64,000 nucleotides of DNA from Macrostomum lignano (taxonomy: Eukaryota): contig NIVC01001731.1 of the NCBI GenBank assembly GCA_002269645.1, positions 62,001 through 126,000 of the forward strand, written 5' to 3'. Both the position numbers and the translations under genes were made by a program. Positions within the stretch are counted from its first letter, which is position 1. The number at the start of each line of letters is the position of its first letter. This document shows positions 40,252 through 53,704 of the stretch, in pieces. The notes under the pieces were generated by a model that saw nothing but the letters and a program-made list of their open reading frames with translations, had not been told where the DNA came from and ran no database searches.

Positions 40252-41426
40252 TCTCTCTCCCTCTTTCTCTTACTATTCCACTCATCTGGCCCACAGCCAT
40301 AAGCCGAATTCTTTATCTGTCCGCTGAGGCTAAAAATTTTGCCGACCCCTATTTCACAGTACTGCATGCTACGTCGCTATCGATCTATTTTTTTAGCTCT
40401 TTTGATCTTTAAGAGATATTGAGCCCCTCAACCTGCCCCTAATCCCCTCCCCGCTTTTTAGTCTTTGATGATTGAGCGCTGGGGTGGAAAGCTCTCGATC
40501 AGCTTACAGCGAGCGTTCTGGCTGCGTTGAAAACCTGATAGTTGTCTTTAGTTCTGGTTTAGCTTAGTCAAATCAAGCTGCTTCTGTCATAGATACTGAC
40601 GTTGAGCCTTAGAGACCTTACTAAGCTTTTGAGAAACCTATTTTAATTTACGTCTGGAATAGCTCATAATGATGATGATTCCACCGTAAAATTTAACTGG
40701 TACTTTAAACTGCGCTTTATGTACATTTTATCTCTATCAATCCCTTCAATCGCCTTCCAGTTCCCTTGACAATCGCCCTCCAGTTCCTTTGAGAATCGCC
40801 CTCCAGTTCCCTTGACAATCGCCCTCCAGTTCCCTTGAGAATCGCCCTCCAGTTCCCTTGACAATCGCCCTCCAGTTCCCTTGAGAATCGCCCTCCAATT
40901 CCCTTGAGAATCGCCCTCCAGTTCCCTTGAGAATCGCCCTCCAGTTCCCTTGAGAATCGCCTAATTCCCTTGAAAATCACCCCCATTACGATCATCGCTT
41001 GTCAATCTGGTTGCTCCCAGATCGCGCCGGCGCCGCAGGCGGGCCCGCGAGAAGCAGGAAGTGACGCTGAGCAAAACCCAGATGGGCGCCGCCATGGACA
41101 GCGAGCAGTATTCGGAATTCGCCGAATCCGAAGTTGAACTCAGCGGCGGCGGCCCGGGCGTCCCAGTTGGTCCCGGCGGTCACAAGCTGCAGGGCTTCAT
41201 CCGGCTTGACCTGCGCTACCTCATGCCATTCTTCACGCGCACCTTCACGCACAAGGAGGTGACGGAGGGCCGGCAAATGATGACCACCCTGACTGACAAG
41301 TGGTGCCAGGAGGTGCGCAGCACACCGGCCGGCGAGGGGGGCGACCCGGATGACAAGGAGGATGACGAAGACATTGACGAGGAGGCGTCTCACGCGGAGA
41401 CGTCGCTCACTGCGGCTCAGCAATGA
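37733..41426 (+). CDS. SLC9A8: Sodium/hydrogen exchanger 8 (NHE8), 3 exons, about 611 aa
   Basis: Exons 37733-38416, 38956-39701, 41021-41426. CPA1 motifs FFLVILPPIIFESGY, ISAVDPVATLAIF, VFGESILNDAV, WFSGLRGAIAFAL. The NHE8-type tail LSKTQMG...GFIRLDLRYLMPFFTR...LTDKWCQEVR is present. Confidence 0.93.
38693..38870 (+). mobile_element. tRNA-derived SINE with a CORE-like central domain, in SLC9A8 intron 1
   Basis: A-box-like TAGCCTAGTGG at about 38699 and a degenerate B box at about 38747-38760, then CCTTGAGCAAGACATTTAAC...CAGCTGTAAAATGGG (38778-38833), resembling the CORE domain. The 3' end is approximate. Confidence 0.7.
40168..40975. repeat. (TC)n tract (about 40168-40260) and a 23-bp minisatellite (about 40745-40975) in SLC9A8 intron 2
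   Basis: Second unit is AATCGCCCTCCAGTTCCCTTGAG. Confidence 0.93.
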
Positions 41427-42292
41427 TAGCAACAATAAAACCATTCTTTGGGTAGTCTGTTCGGTCCGTTTTGTGTGTGCTAAATGCCATTATGCTCCAA
41501 AGCCTTTCCTGCAGTTCAAAGGTTCCACCTGTACTTGTCTCAATCAGCGGCCCTGAGTAGCCTAACTGATTCTGGCTTTTAAAAAACAAAATTTAAAACA
41601 GATATCTTTGTGCGCCTATTTTCATGAGATCTCGAGCAAAGATTACTACATCCGTAGAAAGGCACGCGCATAGAGAAGGCATATCATTAGTGCACGGCGT
41701 CCATTGAATCCGATTTTCAACTAGCAGTTGGATTTGAATCTCAACGCATTCTGTCATTGTTTATTATAAGCTCTCCGTTTCATTTTGACAATATTTTGAT
41801 AGGTCGAGGGCTTGAAACACTGGTAATAGAAAAGTGTATTGTTACAGATCGTGATGATTGTACTGATTGTTTATGTACAATAATTTTCATATCTTGATTA
41901 TTTTGGTGTACTGATTTATTGGAAGCTGTTCCCGTATTTGTTATACATAATATATGCGTAATAAATATATATTCGCGGCTGTATGTTCTCAATGTCTGAA
42001 TCGTATTTTATTCCCAATAGTGGAGTGAATTGATGTGCATCCCATGTTGTCTTTACTGGCTTATGTTTAGTGCATCTTTAATTATATGTTGCACACTAAT
42101 AAATTATGTTTACAGATTTCCTCTGGGCTGGGTTTGTTGTTCAATCTGTTTGTGCCATTTAATCTCTGCTACTGCTGCTGGATGCTCTGCTATTTCATAT
42201 TTTATGTAATGTTTAAATTTCCGCACCGGATTTCGCTTTCAGTTTTGTTCTTTCCCCGTGAATTTTCTTCTTGTTGACTGGCTTGGAATCAG

Positions 42293-43965
42293 CCGTGACC
42301 CTATAGACTGAGAATCAGCAATGACCCTATAGACTGGGAATCAGCAATGACCCTATAGACTGGGAATCAGCAATGACCCTATAGACTGAGAATCAGCAAT
42401 GACCCTATAGACTGGGAATCAGCAATGACCCTATAGACTGAGAATCAGCAATGACCCTATAGACTGGGAATCAGCAATGACCCTATAGACTGAGAATCAG
42501 CAATGACCCTATAGACTGGGAATCAGCAGTGACCCTATAGACTGGGAATCAGTGATGACCCTATAGACTGGGAATCAGCAGTGACCCTATAGACTGGGAA
42601 TCAGCAATGACCCTATAGACTGAGAATCAGCAATGACCCTATAGACTGGGAATCAGCAGTGACCCTATAGACTGGGAATCAGCAGTGACCCTATAGACTG
42701 GGAATCAGCAATGACCCTATAGACTGAGAATCAGCAATGACCCTATAGACTGGGAATCAGCAGTGACCCTATAGTCTGGGAATCAGTGATGACCCTATAG
42801 ACTGGGAATCAGCAGTGACCCTATAGACTGAGAATCAGCAGTGACCCTATAGACTGGGAATCAGCAGTGACCCTATAGACTGGGAATCAGCAATGACCCT
42901 ATAGACTGAGAATCAGCAATGACCCTATAGACTGGGAATCAGCAGTGACCCTATAGTCTGGGAATCAGTGATGACCCTATAGACTGGGAATCAGCAGTGA
43001 CCCTATAGACTGAGAATCAGCAGTGACCCTATAGACTGGGAATCAGCAGTGACCCTATAGACTGGGAATCAGTGATGACCCTATAGACTGGGAATCAGCA
43101 GTGACCCTATAGACTGGGAATCAGTGATGACCCTATAGACTGGGAATCAGCAGTGACCCTATAGACTGGGAATCAGCAGTGACCCTATAGACTGGGAATC
43201 AGTGATGACCCTATAGACTGGGAATCAGCAGTGACCCTATAGACTGGGAATCAGCAGTGACCCTATAGACTGGGAATCAGCAGTGACCCTATAGACTGGG
43301 AATTAGCCGTGACCCTATAGACTGGGAATCAGCAGTGACCCTATAGACTGGGAATCAGCAGTGACCCTATAGACTGGGAATCAGCAGTGACCCTATAGAC
43401 TGGGAATCAGCAGTGACCCTATAGACTGGGAATCAGTGATGACCCTATAGACTGGGAATCAGCAGTGACCCTATAGACTGGGAATCAGCAGTGACCCTAT
43501 AGACTGGGAATCAGTGATGACCCTATAGACTGGGAATTAGCCGTGACCCTATAGACTGGGAATCAGCAGTGACCCTATAGACTGGGAATTAGCCGTGACC
43601 CTATAGACTGGGAATCAGCAGTGACCCTATAGACTGGGAATCAGCAGTGACCCTATAGACTGGGAATCAGTGATGACCCTATAGACTGGGAATCAGCAGT
43701 GACCCTATAGACTGGGAATTAGCCGTGACCCTATAGACTGGGAATCAGCAGTGACCCTATAGACTGGGAATTAGCCGTGACCCTATAGACTGGGAATCAG
43801 CAGTGACCCTATAGACTGGGAATTAGCCGTGACCCTATAGACTGGGAATCAGCAGTGACCCTATAGACTGGGAATTAGCCGTGACCCTATAGACTGGGAA
43901 TCAGCAGTGACCCTATAGACTGGGAATCAGTGATGACCCTATAGACTGGGAATCAGCCGTGACCC
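42293..43965. repeat. 26-bp minisatellite, about 64 copies, between SLC9A8 and DDX18
   Basis: Unit TGACCCTATAGACTGGGAATCAGCA(A/G). Confidence 0.98.
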
Positions 43966-44552
43966 TGGATGTGCTTGACAGGTATCCGATTGTCGCCCAA
44001 CCATTTTATCGTTGTCCTTCTTTCGTTGAGCGGTGAGTGTTGCGAGTGTCTCCATAAGCTCCATAGGCAGGCTTGCATTCCAAATCTGCAGAATAAATTG
44101 AACGAAGGTATTTAAGCACTTAAAACACACGTTTATTTATTTTTATTAATGCCTACATATGCGAGACGCGCATCGACATGTGAATTTATCCTGCTCTTGT
44201 GCTGTGCTTTTTTTTCTCTTTTATTTGTTGTTGTTTTGTATAATCCAATTTTTAGATTGATTCCACAGTAAACCCATTAGTATCAAGTGCCTCTGCACCT
44301 GTGCACCTGTACCAAACTGATAGCTTTAAATAAGAGTATGGCAATTAAATTGATTGATAATCTAGCAGAGCGGGTAATCAGGGCTTCGCTACATGAGCTG
44401 TTGTTTTGCGTCTGTCCGAGCTGTCTTAATTAAATTAACTTCTATGTTTGTCTTTATTAAAACAATACTAAGGTCGTAGTCTACTTTAGAATACGTAATA
44501 CTTTTTTCAACCACTTTCCAGAGCCAGCCCTTGTGTTAATTGGTTTTCGAGC

Positions 44553-44803
44553 ATGAAATCTTTCAACAAGATGAAACGGCTGCGGCAGGCGCTGCAGAAG
44601 CTGCAGGCGGCCAAGCACCCGGACCAGGCGCTTATTGGCAAAGTGGAGGGCAAAATTCATCAGCTGGAGAAGCTGCACTCGCAGGCTGCCAAGAAGGCGC
44701 GGCCGCCTGTCACGGATGTGTCTAAGCTGAAGGCACCCGTTGCGGCTGATGCTGCTGACGGCATCCAGGAGCGCATGGAGACTAATGGTGAGCCCAACGA
44801 TAC

Positions 44804-44859
<56 letters not shown>

Positions 44860-47800
44860 CCCTTTGTCTCCCTCTCTGTATCACCCTCTCACTCTGTATC
44901 CCACCTTCTCCCTCCATTTCCCACTCTCCCTATCTCCTAGCTCCAAATCTCTTTCTCTCTCTCTCTCCTCCTCTCTCTCTCTCTATCTCTCTCTCTCGCT
45001 CTCTCTCTCTCATATCCCAGCTTCTATCCTCCATCCCGTGCAGTTCAACATAGCCTCAATCGCCCACACGCCCTCTCTTGCCCCAGGCGACGCGCCCTCA
45101 GGTCCGCAGTTCGAGCCCCTGCTGCCCGGCAGCGGCCGGCTGCCTGCCCCACCGGGTACGGCTGCCGCCGCCGCCGCCGCCGCACAGTCGAATTCAACCG
45201 GCGTCGCCGTAGCCGACACGGCCGACTTTGCCAGCCTTGACGGCCTGAGCGAAGCCACCCTAGCCGGCCTGAGCGATATGGGCATGTCCAGCATGACCCC
45301 AATCCAGGCCCGGTCAATTCCTCACCTGCTGCAGGGCCGCGACCTCATGGCCTCGGCCAAGACTGGCAGCGGCAAGACTCTCGCCTTCCTGGTGCCGGCT
45401 GTTGAACTGATGCGCCGATTGGAGTTCAAGCCGCGCAATGGGACTGGCTGCATTGTGATATCGCCTACTAGGGAGCTCAGCCTGCAGACTTACGGCGTGC
45501 TGCAGGTGAGCTCTTGATGCTACACTGGCTGTTGCTGAAATATCCCATGAGTTCATTAAATATCCCATGAGTTCATTAAATATCCCATAAGTTCATTAAA
45601 TATCCCATGAGTTCATTAAATATCCCATGAGTTCGTTAAATATCCCATGAGTTCATTAAATATCCCATGAGTTCATTAAATATCCCATAAGTTCATTAAA
45701 TATCCCATGAGTTCGTTAAATATCCCATGAGTTCGTTAAATATCCCATGAGTTCATTAAATATCCCATGAGTTCATTAAATATCCCATGAGTTCATTAAA
45801 TATCCTATGAGTTCATTAAATATCCCATGAGTTCATTAAATATCCCATGAGTTCATTAAATATCCCATGAGTTCATTAAATATCCCATGAGTTCATTAAA
45901 TATCCCATGAGTTCATTAAATATCCCATGAGTTCATTAAATATCCCATGAGTTCATTAAATATCCCATGAGTTAATTAAATATCCCATGAGTTCATTAAA
46001 TATCCCATGAGTTCATTAAATATCCCATGAGTTCATTAAATATCCCATGAGTTCATTAAATATCCCATGAGTTCATTAAATATCCTATGAGTTCATTAAA
46101 TATCCCATGAGTTCATTAAATATCCCATGAGTTCATTAACTATCCCATGAGTTCATTAAATATCCCATGAGTTCATTAAATATCCCATGAGTTCATTAAA
46201 TATCCCATGAGTTCATTAAATATCCCATGAGTTAATTAAATATCCCATGAGTTAATTAAATATCCCATGAGTTAATTAAATATCCCATGAGTTCATTAAA
46301 TATCCTATGAGTTCATTAAATATCCCGTGAGTTTATTAAATATCCTATGAGTTCATTAAATATCCCGTGAGTTAATTAAATATCCCATGAGTTAATTAAA
46401 TATCCCGTGAGTTCATTAAATATCCCATGAGTTCGTTAAATATCCCATGAGTTCATTAAATATCCCATGAGTTCATTAAATATCCCATGAGTTCATTAAA
46501 TATCCTATGAGTTCATTAAATATCCCATGAGTTCATTAACTATCCCATGAGTTCATTAACTATCCCATGAGTTCATTAAATATTCCATGAGTTCATTAAA
46601 TATTCCATGAATTGCTTACATTTTTTTTTTCGAGCGTAGGCCTAAATAGTGCATCCTTTTTAATCGTAATTAAGCAGCGTCCTGGTGTCGTTTTATTAGG
46701 CCATAAACATATTACGGCAATTAATTTCTATCCTTCTATCCTCTAAGCCGGTTCCCCATCCAAATAATTCCTGCGAGCACGCACAGCTTTGTAGTTTGCC
46801 ACTTCCTGCTATTCGAACCAGGCAACCTACGAACTCGTACAGAGACAGCGGTTGTCGCAATGCTAAAATTATCTCTTGTCATCCTCATAGTGTGAGTGCT
46901 TTCCTCATAGTCAGTCAGTCAGTCAGTCAGTCAGTCAGTCAGTCAGTCAGTCAGTCAGTCAGTCAGTCAGTCAGTCAGTCAGTCAGTCAGTCAGTCAGTC
47001 AGTCAGTCAGCCAGTCAGTCAGTCAGCCAGTCAGCCAGTCAGTCAGTCAGCCAGTCAGTCAGTCAGTCAGTCAGTCAGTCAGCCAGTCAGCCAGTCAGTC
47101 AGTCAGTCAGTCAGTCAGTCAGTCAGTCAGTCAGTCAGCCAGTCAGCCAGTCAGTCAGTCAGCCAGTCAGTGTTATTTGGTGATATTCGCTACCAATAAC
47201 AAATCCCGGAAAGTAATTTTTTGTCTTCTCTTTTTCCCCTAATGAGGAATATTCGCCCTGAAAAAGTCGTTGCAAATGTACGTGCCTCTGGCGAGTGCCA
47301 TGACTGCAAAAAATGCAACGAGTCGTGACATGTAAGTCTGTCCCGTGAGTGTAGAGTCGTGCAGGTGTCGTGAAAATAATTTATTAAATTAAGCGAGTTA
47401 GACTTTAAATTGCATCGCCCACAGTTGGGACGAGAACAGCGGGCCTGTTTTTTGTAAATGGCGTCACTTGAGGCTTTGAGAAATGTTTACCAGTGGTCTC
47501 GGGGTTGGAAAGTTTATCAAGATTCTGAGTGTGCATCTCCTTTATTTGTTATCTCGTGAAGTACAAGAGCAGCATGAGAAGGGAGTTACAGCAAGTACAA
47601 ACTGTACCTTATTTCAGCTAAGTGGTAATCAGCCAGCTTTTATAGGGAGTATTGCACGTTTTTTTATCTGATTATATTATTATTATAATCAAATTCAATT
47701 TCGACAACCCCTTGTCACTAAGGCGGCAGAATTATGCATTTACTCCCCTTCGGCATCGGGCCACCTGCGATGCTAGAAGAATTTGATTGCATAAAAGTGA

Positions 47801-49742
47801 AAATTCTTTTAATTTTTTTATCAGAGACAATGAAATCAGTCATTTGGCTAGCGGAGCGATAGCACTGGCATCGCAAGCAGAAACAGGCTCACAAGCCTAA
47901 CTCTCGCTCTCGCCTTGCAATGCTGCAAATCCAACACAGCGAAGTTAAGAAATGAGCAGCTCTGACAACGCCACAGCGCCAGCGCTACGACTGAACTTCG
48001 GAGAACCGCCTCCATTTCTTGACAGCCTGCCGGAGGAAGAAGTGCAAGTCTGCCGGAGTCTCATCGAGTCTCCAGCCAGATAGAGCTCCAGCGACACTCG
48101 AAGCGGCAAGCAAACTGCTTAAGGAGAACTTTGCGCTGGCGTGCGCGCATTCGTGGCAAACTTGCGCCATGCCGCCAGAGACTGCGAGTTCCAGAGCTCA
48201 CGACCTCATCCAGTCATCCTGGACCTCATCCAGATTGCTGCCCAGATGAAACAAGCTGTCCTGAGTGGGAAGTCCCTGACCCAGTCACCGGCAAGAATAA
48301 TGCAGCTGACGACGGAGTCAGAAAGATCAAACGCCAAAAGAACTCCGATCGGCACCAGAGGCTGCTCGCACTGCGGTGAGTCGGGCTACTGCACAGGGAT
48401 CAGGAGCTGCGGTGCAGCGTCATGGAACGACAGCAGCAGGCCAAGAGCCGCCGCCGGATGCGCAAGCAGAACCAGCCGCTGAAGGACTCAGCGCTGACCG
48501 TCGAGAGCCGCGTCCGTCGCTGCATTCTGGATGACCCAACTCCACCGCCACACCGCTTTCAGAGACTTCGCGCACCGCCTTAATGATTCGGCAACGTTGT
48601 GACCTATGATTGACTTAACTTGTCTATCTGACTGCTCGTGCACCAGAAAACTGTGTCCATTGGCATTTCTTGCGTTTATATGTCCGGCCGCTTATTCCAC
48701 CTGTATTTTGTCACCTCTTTGCACGTGGGAGTTAATGTTGTGCAGCTGTCAGTCTCAGTTATATATTGTGTGCTAGCTCAGAGTGAGAGCCACCTCTCCT
48801 TTGCTCTCGACTACTGAGTGAACTAAAGTAATTTGGCTAGCAGCCCCAACACTTCCTCGGTGGGATGCCAGTGAAAAAAACCGGTTTCAGTCTCCATGGA
48901 ATCCCAGTAAGAAACCGGTTGCATTCTCCATGGAATGCCAGTGAGAAACCTGTTTCAGTCTCCATGGAATGCCAGTGAGAAACCTGTTTCAGTCTCCATG
49001 GACTGCCAGTGAGAAACCTGTTTCAGTCTCCATGGAATGCCAGTGAGAAACCTGTTTCAGTCTCCATGGAATGCCAGTGAGAAACCTGTTTCAGTCTCCA
49101 TGGAATGCCAGTGAGGAAACCTGTTTCAGTCTCCATGGACTGCCAGTGAGAAACCGGTTGAATTTTCCATGGAATGCCAGACTCTCTAAACTGACTCTTC
49201 AATAAGAACCTCTTTGCCCATCTGAGAACTCCCCATACACCTGTCAGTCACTAACCAAATTAAAACAGTACACATACATATAGTTAAGCCTCAGTTTGAC
49301 CCTCTAACATTTGTCAAACGTTCCTGTTCGCCAGGAGCTGGTGAAGCACCACAACTTCCGCATCGGGGTTGTCATGGGCGGCACCAATCGCGCTGAAGAG
49401 GCTCGCAACCTCGCCAAAGGCTGCACCATCCTCATCGCTACGCCGGGCCGTCTGCTCGACCATCTGCAGAACACCGAGCACTTTCTCTATAAGAACTTGG
49501 CCTGCCTGATCCTGGATGAGGCCGACAGAATCCTCGATGTCGGCTTCGAAGAAGAGATGAAGCAGATTCTGCGGCTGCTGCCGAAGAAGCGCCAGTCGAT
49601 GCTGTTCACCGCCACGCTCAACGATCGGACCCGGGCCCTGGCCAAGGAGGCCCTGCGCACGGAGTGCCTCCGGGTTGGCGTTGACGACCAGGAGGTGGCC
49701 GCCACCGTTGACAGCCTGGAGCAGGGGTGAGTCTTAGTCTTA

Positions 49743-49832
<90 letters not shown>

Positions 49833-49833
49833 A

Positions 49834-49864
<31 letters not shown>

Positions 49865-49876
49865 ATGTCTGTCTTA

Positions 49877-49962
<86 letters not shown>

Positions 49963-50001
49963 ATGTCTTAGTGTCTTAGTGTCTGTCTGTCTGTCCCTGT
50001 C

Positions 50002-50058
<57 letters not shown>

Positions 50059-50070
50059 ATGTCTGTCTTA

Positions 50071-50156
<86 letters not shown>

Positions 50157-50195
50157 ATGTCTTAGTGTCTTAGTGTCTGTCTGTCTGTCCCTGTC

Positions 50196-50233
<38 letters not shown>

Positions 50234-50239
50234 GGTTTT

Positions 50240-50273
<34 letters not shown>

Positions 50274-50305
50274 AGTTTGTCTGTCTGTCTGTCTGTCTGT
50301 CTCAG

Positions 50306-50382
<77 letters not shown>

Positions 50383-53303
50383 CAGCTGTCCCCCTTCCTA
50401 GGGGGATATGCTTCTATCTCCGTCTGTAATCTGTACCGGCCCCTCAATTTAACAGTCAGGTAAACAAGTATGGCTAATTGCCCATTATAGTTTATTTTGA
50501 CATTTCTAACACAGAAGAAAAAACAATTGACTTCTCAATAATATCACCTGCCCAGTTGTGTTCCTTGTACAGTAGTCGTTTAATGCTGCTCAGCTGCTAT
50601 TATCCTGCTTTGAGCTGTGCCACTATCAGGCCCGTCCTAAATTACAAAGCTTGAAATTATGCTTATTTACATTGCTTGTCAGCTAAAAGCCGTGTATTCG
50701 CACTGGTAAAGCGAATAGCGCTCTTGTACCGAAATGCGATACGCTTGATTTTTTTCAATTGTCGCTGTTTCTCTAAGCTCAAACGTAGGTGTAGAATGTC
50801 TCCTAATTGCCGGTGCTTTTGCTATTGTTTATTCGGGTAGGGGGGGGGGTGCGTCGACAGTGGTATTGCTTTTCATTGCTTTTTTAGCTTTTTTGATCTC
50901 TGTTTACTGTAAATCAGCTGACTGGAGCGTTAGTGCACGGAAGAAAGGTTATCATATTGACGGGAAATTTCAGTTATAAATGTAGGATCTGAAAAGCTAA
51001 CGATAGTCAATGACGGAATGAAGAACATCGTCTGAGGGTGCAGAATGGGAGACACCAATTGAAGGCTATGGGAGACACCAATTGAAGGCTATGGGAGACA
51101 CCAATTGAAGGCTATGTGAGACACCAATTGAAGGCTATGGGAGACACCAATTGGAAGGTATGGGAGACACCACCTGAAGGGTGTTTGAAACACCACCTGA
51201 AGGGTATTGGAGACACCACCTGAAGGGTATTGGAGACACCACCTGAAGGGTATGGGAGACACCACCTGAAGGCTATGGGAGACACCAATTGAAGGCTATG
51301 GGAGACACCAATTGGAAGGCTATGGGAGACACCAATTGAAGGCTATGGGAGACACCAAATGAAGGCTATGGGAGACACCACCTGAAGGGTGTTGGAGACA
51401 CCACCTGAAGGGTATTGGAGACACCACCTGAAGGGTATGGGAGACACCACCTGAAGGCTATGGGAGACACCAAATGAAGGCTATGGGAGACACCACCTGA
51501 AGGGTGTTGGAGACACCACCTGAAGGGTATGGGAGACACCACCTGAAGGGTATTGGAGACACCACCTGAAGGGTATGGGAGACACCAATTGAAGGCTATG
51601 GGAGACACCAATTGAAGACTATGGGAGACACCAATTGGAAGGTATGGGAGACACCATCTGAAGGGTATGGGAGACACCAATTGAAGGGTATGGGAGACAC
51701 CATCTGAAGGGTATGGGAGACACCATCTGAAGGGTATGGGAGACACCACCTGAAGGGTATGGGAGACACCATCTGAAGGGTATGGGAGACACCACCTGAA
51801 GGGTATGGGACACCACCTGAAGGGTATGGGAGACACCACCTGAAGGGTATGGGACACCACCTTGAAGGGTATGGGAGACACCACCTGAAGGGTATGGGAC
51901 ACCACCTGAAGGGTAGGGAAGCACTATTTGTACGAAAGCCGCCATTTGATGATAAAAAAGCCACTACAGCCTACCACACTGCAGATTCTGATGCAAATCT
52001 TGTCATTCCCAAACCGCAGGTACGTTGTCTGCCCCGCCGAGCGCCGCTTCTCCGTGCTCTACACCTTCTTGAAGAAGAACCGCAAGCGCAAAGTCATGGT
52101 GTTCATGTCCTCCTGTCTGGAAGTGAAATTCTACTACGAGCTGCTGAACTACATCGACCTGCCAGTTATGGCCATTCACGGCAAGCAGAAGCAGGCTAAA
52201 CGGACTCAGACATTCTTCCAGTTCGGCTCGGCCGAGTCGGCCACGCTGCTCTGCACCGACGTCGCCGCCAGAGGCTTGGATATCCCGCGGGTTGACTGGA
52301 TTGTCCAGTACGATCCGCCCGACGATCCCAAAGTGCGTCTTTGTGCTGCTGAGTCTTTGTTGCCTTTTGCTGCTTCCGCCCGCCATCCCAGTCTATGAGT
52401 ATAACACCCAGGAGTACACCCCATCTAAGAGTACATACACCCAGGAGTACACACCATCTAAGAGTACATACACCCAGGAGTACACCCCATCTAAGAGTAC
52501 ATACACCCAGGAGTACACCCATCTAAGAGTACATACACCCAGGAGTACACCCCATCTAAGAGTACATACACCCAGGAGTACACCCCATCTAAGAGTACAT
52601 ACACCCAGGAGTACACCCACCCAACCCCTCCCTCACCCAGGAGTACACCCACCCAACCTCTCCCTCACCCAGGAGTACACCCACCCAACCCCTCCCTCAC
52701 CCAGGAGTACACCCACCCAACCTCTCCCTCACCCAGGAGTACACCCACCCAACCCCTCCCTCACCCAGGAGTACACCCACCCAACCCCTCCCTCACCCAG
52801 GAGTACACCCACCCAACCCCTCCCTCACCCAGGAGTACATTCACCGAGTTGGTCGCACCGCACGCGCCGGCGCCTCCGGCCGCGCCCTGCTGATGCTGCG
52901 CGATCACGAGCTGTCATTTCTAGTTTATCTGCGCGCCGCTAAAGTTCGCGTCACCGAGTACGAGTTCAGCTGGTCGAAGGTTAGCGACATTCAGACGCAG
53001 CTGGAAAAGCTGGTTGAGAAGAACTACTACCTGTGCCGCAGCGCCCAAGAGGCCTACAAAGGCTTCGTCAGGGCCTACGCCAGCCACGCGCTGAAAAAGT
53101 GCTTCGCCGTTGAGCGACTGGATTTGAAGGCGGCGGCGAAAAACTTCGGCTTGGCTGTGCCGCCGCTGGTCGATTTGGACGTGCGCGCCAGCGGCAAGGC
53201 TTCGGCGCGACGGCGCGTTCACGGCGGCGCAACCGGTCCTGGCGCCGCCATTAAATTTAAGAAATCTGGCCAGAGAAAGGCGGTCAGAAAATTGCACAAT
53301 TAA
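44553..53303 (+). CDS. DDX18: DEAD-box RNA helicase DDX18/Has1, 5 exons, about 609 aa
   Basis: Exons 44553-44787, 45087-45505, 49335-49726, 52020-52332, 52833-53303; sum 1830 nt. Motifs: Q motif (MTPIQ), [73 protein letters not shown]. Confidence 0.95.
45538..47171. repeat. 20-bp minisatellite (45538-46612) and (AGTC)n (46908-47171) in DDX18 intron 2
   Basis: Unit TAAATATCCCATGAGTTCAT, about 53 copies. Confidence 0.97.
47952..48600 (+). pseudogene. Decayed LTR-retrotransposon gag fragment in DDX18 intron 2
   Basis: [14 protein letters not shown] resembles the Gypsy gag motif FxxxLRxxAxxCEF, and CSHCGESG is a knuckle remnant. Frames are broken. A short TGTTG...CAACA segment (48736-48851) after a purine tract may be an LTR. 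Confidence 0.55.
48862..49182. repeat. 34-bp minisatellite in DDX18 intron 2
   Basis: Unit ATGGAATGCCAGTGAGAAACCTGTTTCAGTCTCC. Confidence 0.93.
49728..51915. repeat. (TGTC)n tract (49728-50380) and a 23-bp minisatellite (51045-51915) in DDX18 intron 3
   Basis: Second unit is ATGGGAGACACCACCTGAAGGGT. Confidence 0.96.
52400..52839 (+). repeat. 33-bp then 32-bp minisatellites in DDX18 intron 4, each unit containing CCCAG|GAGTACA
   Basis: AG ends at 52411, 52444, 52477, 52510, 52542, 52575, 52608, 52640, 52672, 52704, 52736, 52768, 52800 and 52832. Confidence 0.97.
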
Positions 53304-53704
53304 CTCTTTCTTGTGTGCTGTTTTATTTTTTAAGAGCGTATAAAAAATGATTTGACAATTTTGGCATTTTTCTCGGCGTGAAATCAACTGAAAACTTGAT
53401 CCCGTTTCTGCGAAAGTACTTTTAATAGTGCCCGGCCCAGCGATTGGTTGTTCTGCATTTTTGTGCTGTTCCGCAAGGCTTTTCGATTAGAAATGCGTGC
53501 CGATTAGAAGGCAGGTTGGTGATTCAAATCACACCAGTGAACATTTGAATGACATCTGAAAACTGACAGATTTTTTCAATGACAGCCACTGTCACCTTTT
53601 GATGCTTTGTTTATTTGCTTTTTAGCCTAGTCTGTCATCGATAAAGCTTAGATATTTGACTATTAGCTATTTGATGATGACTATCGATCTCTGATCACGT
53701 GATG

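Noticed and set aside
42293-43965. T7 promoter-like CCCTATAG suggesting vector contamination
   Set aside because: Only 8 bp match; the rest of the promoter (TGAGTCGTATTA) is absent and the motif is part of a 26-bp tandem unit.
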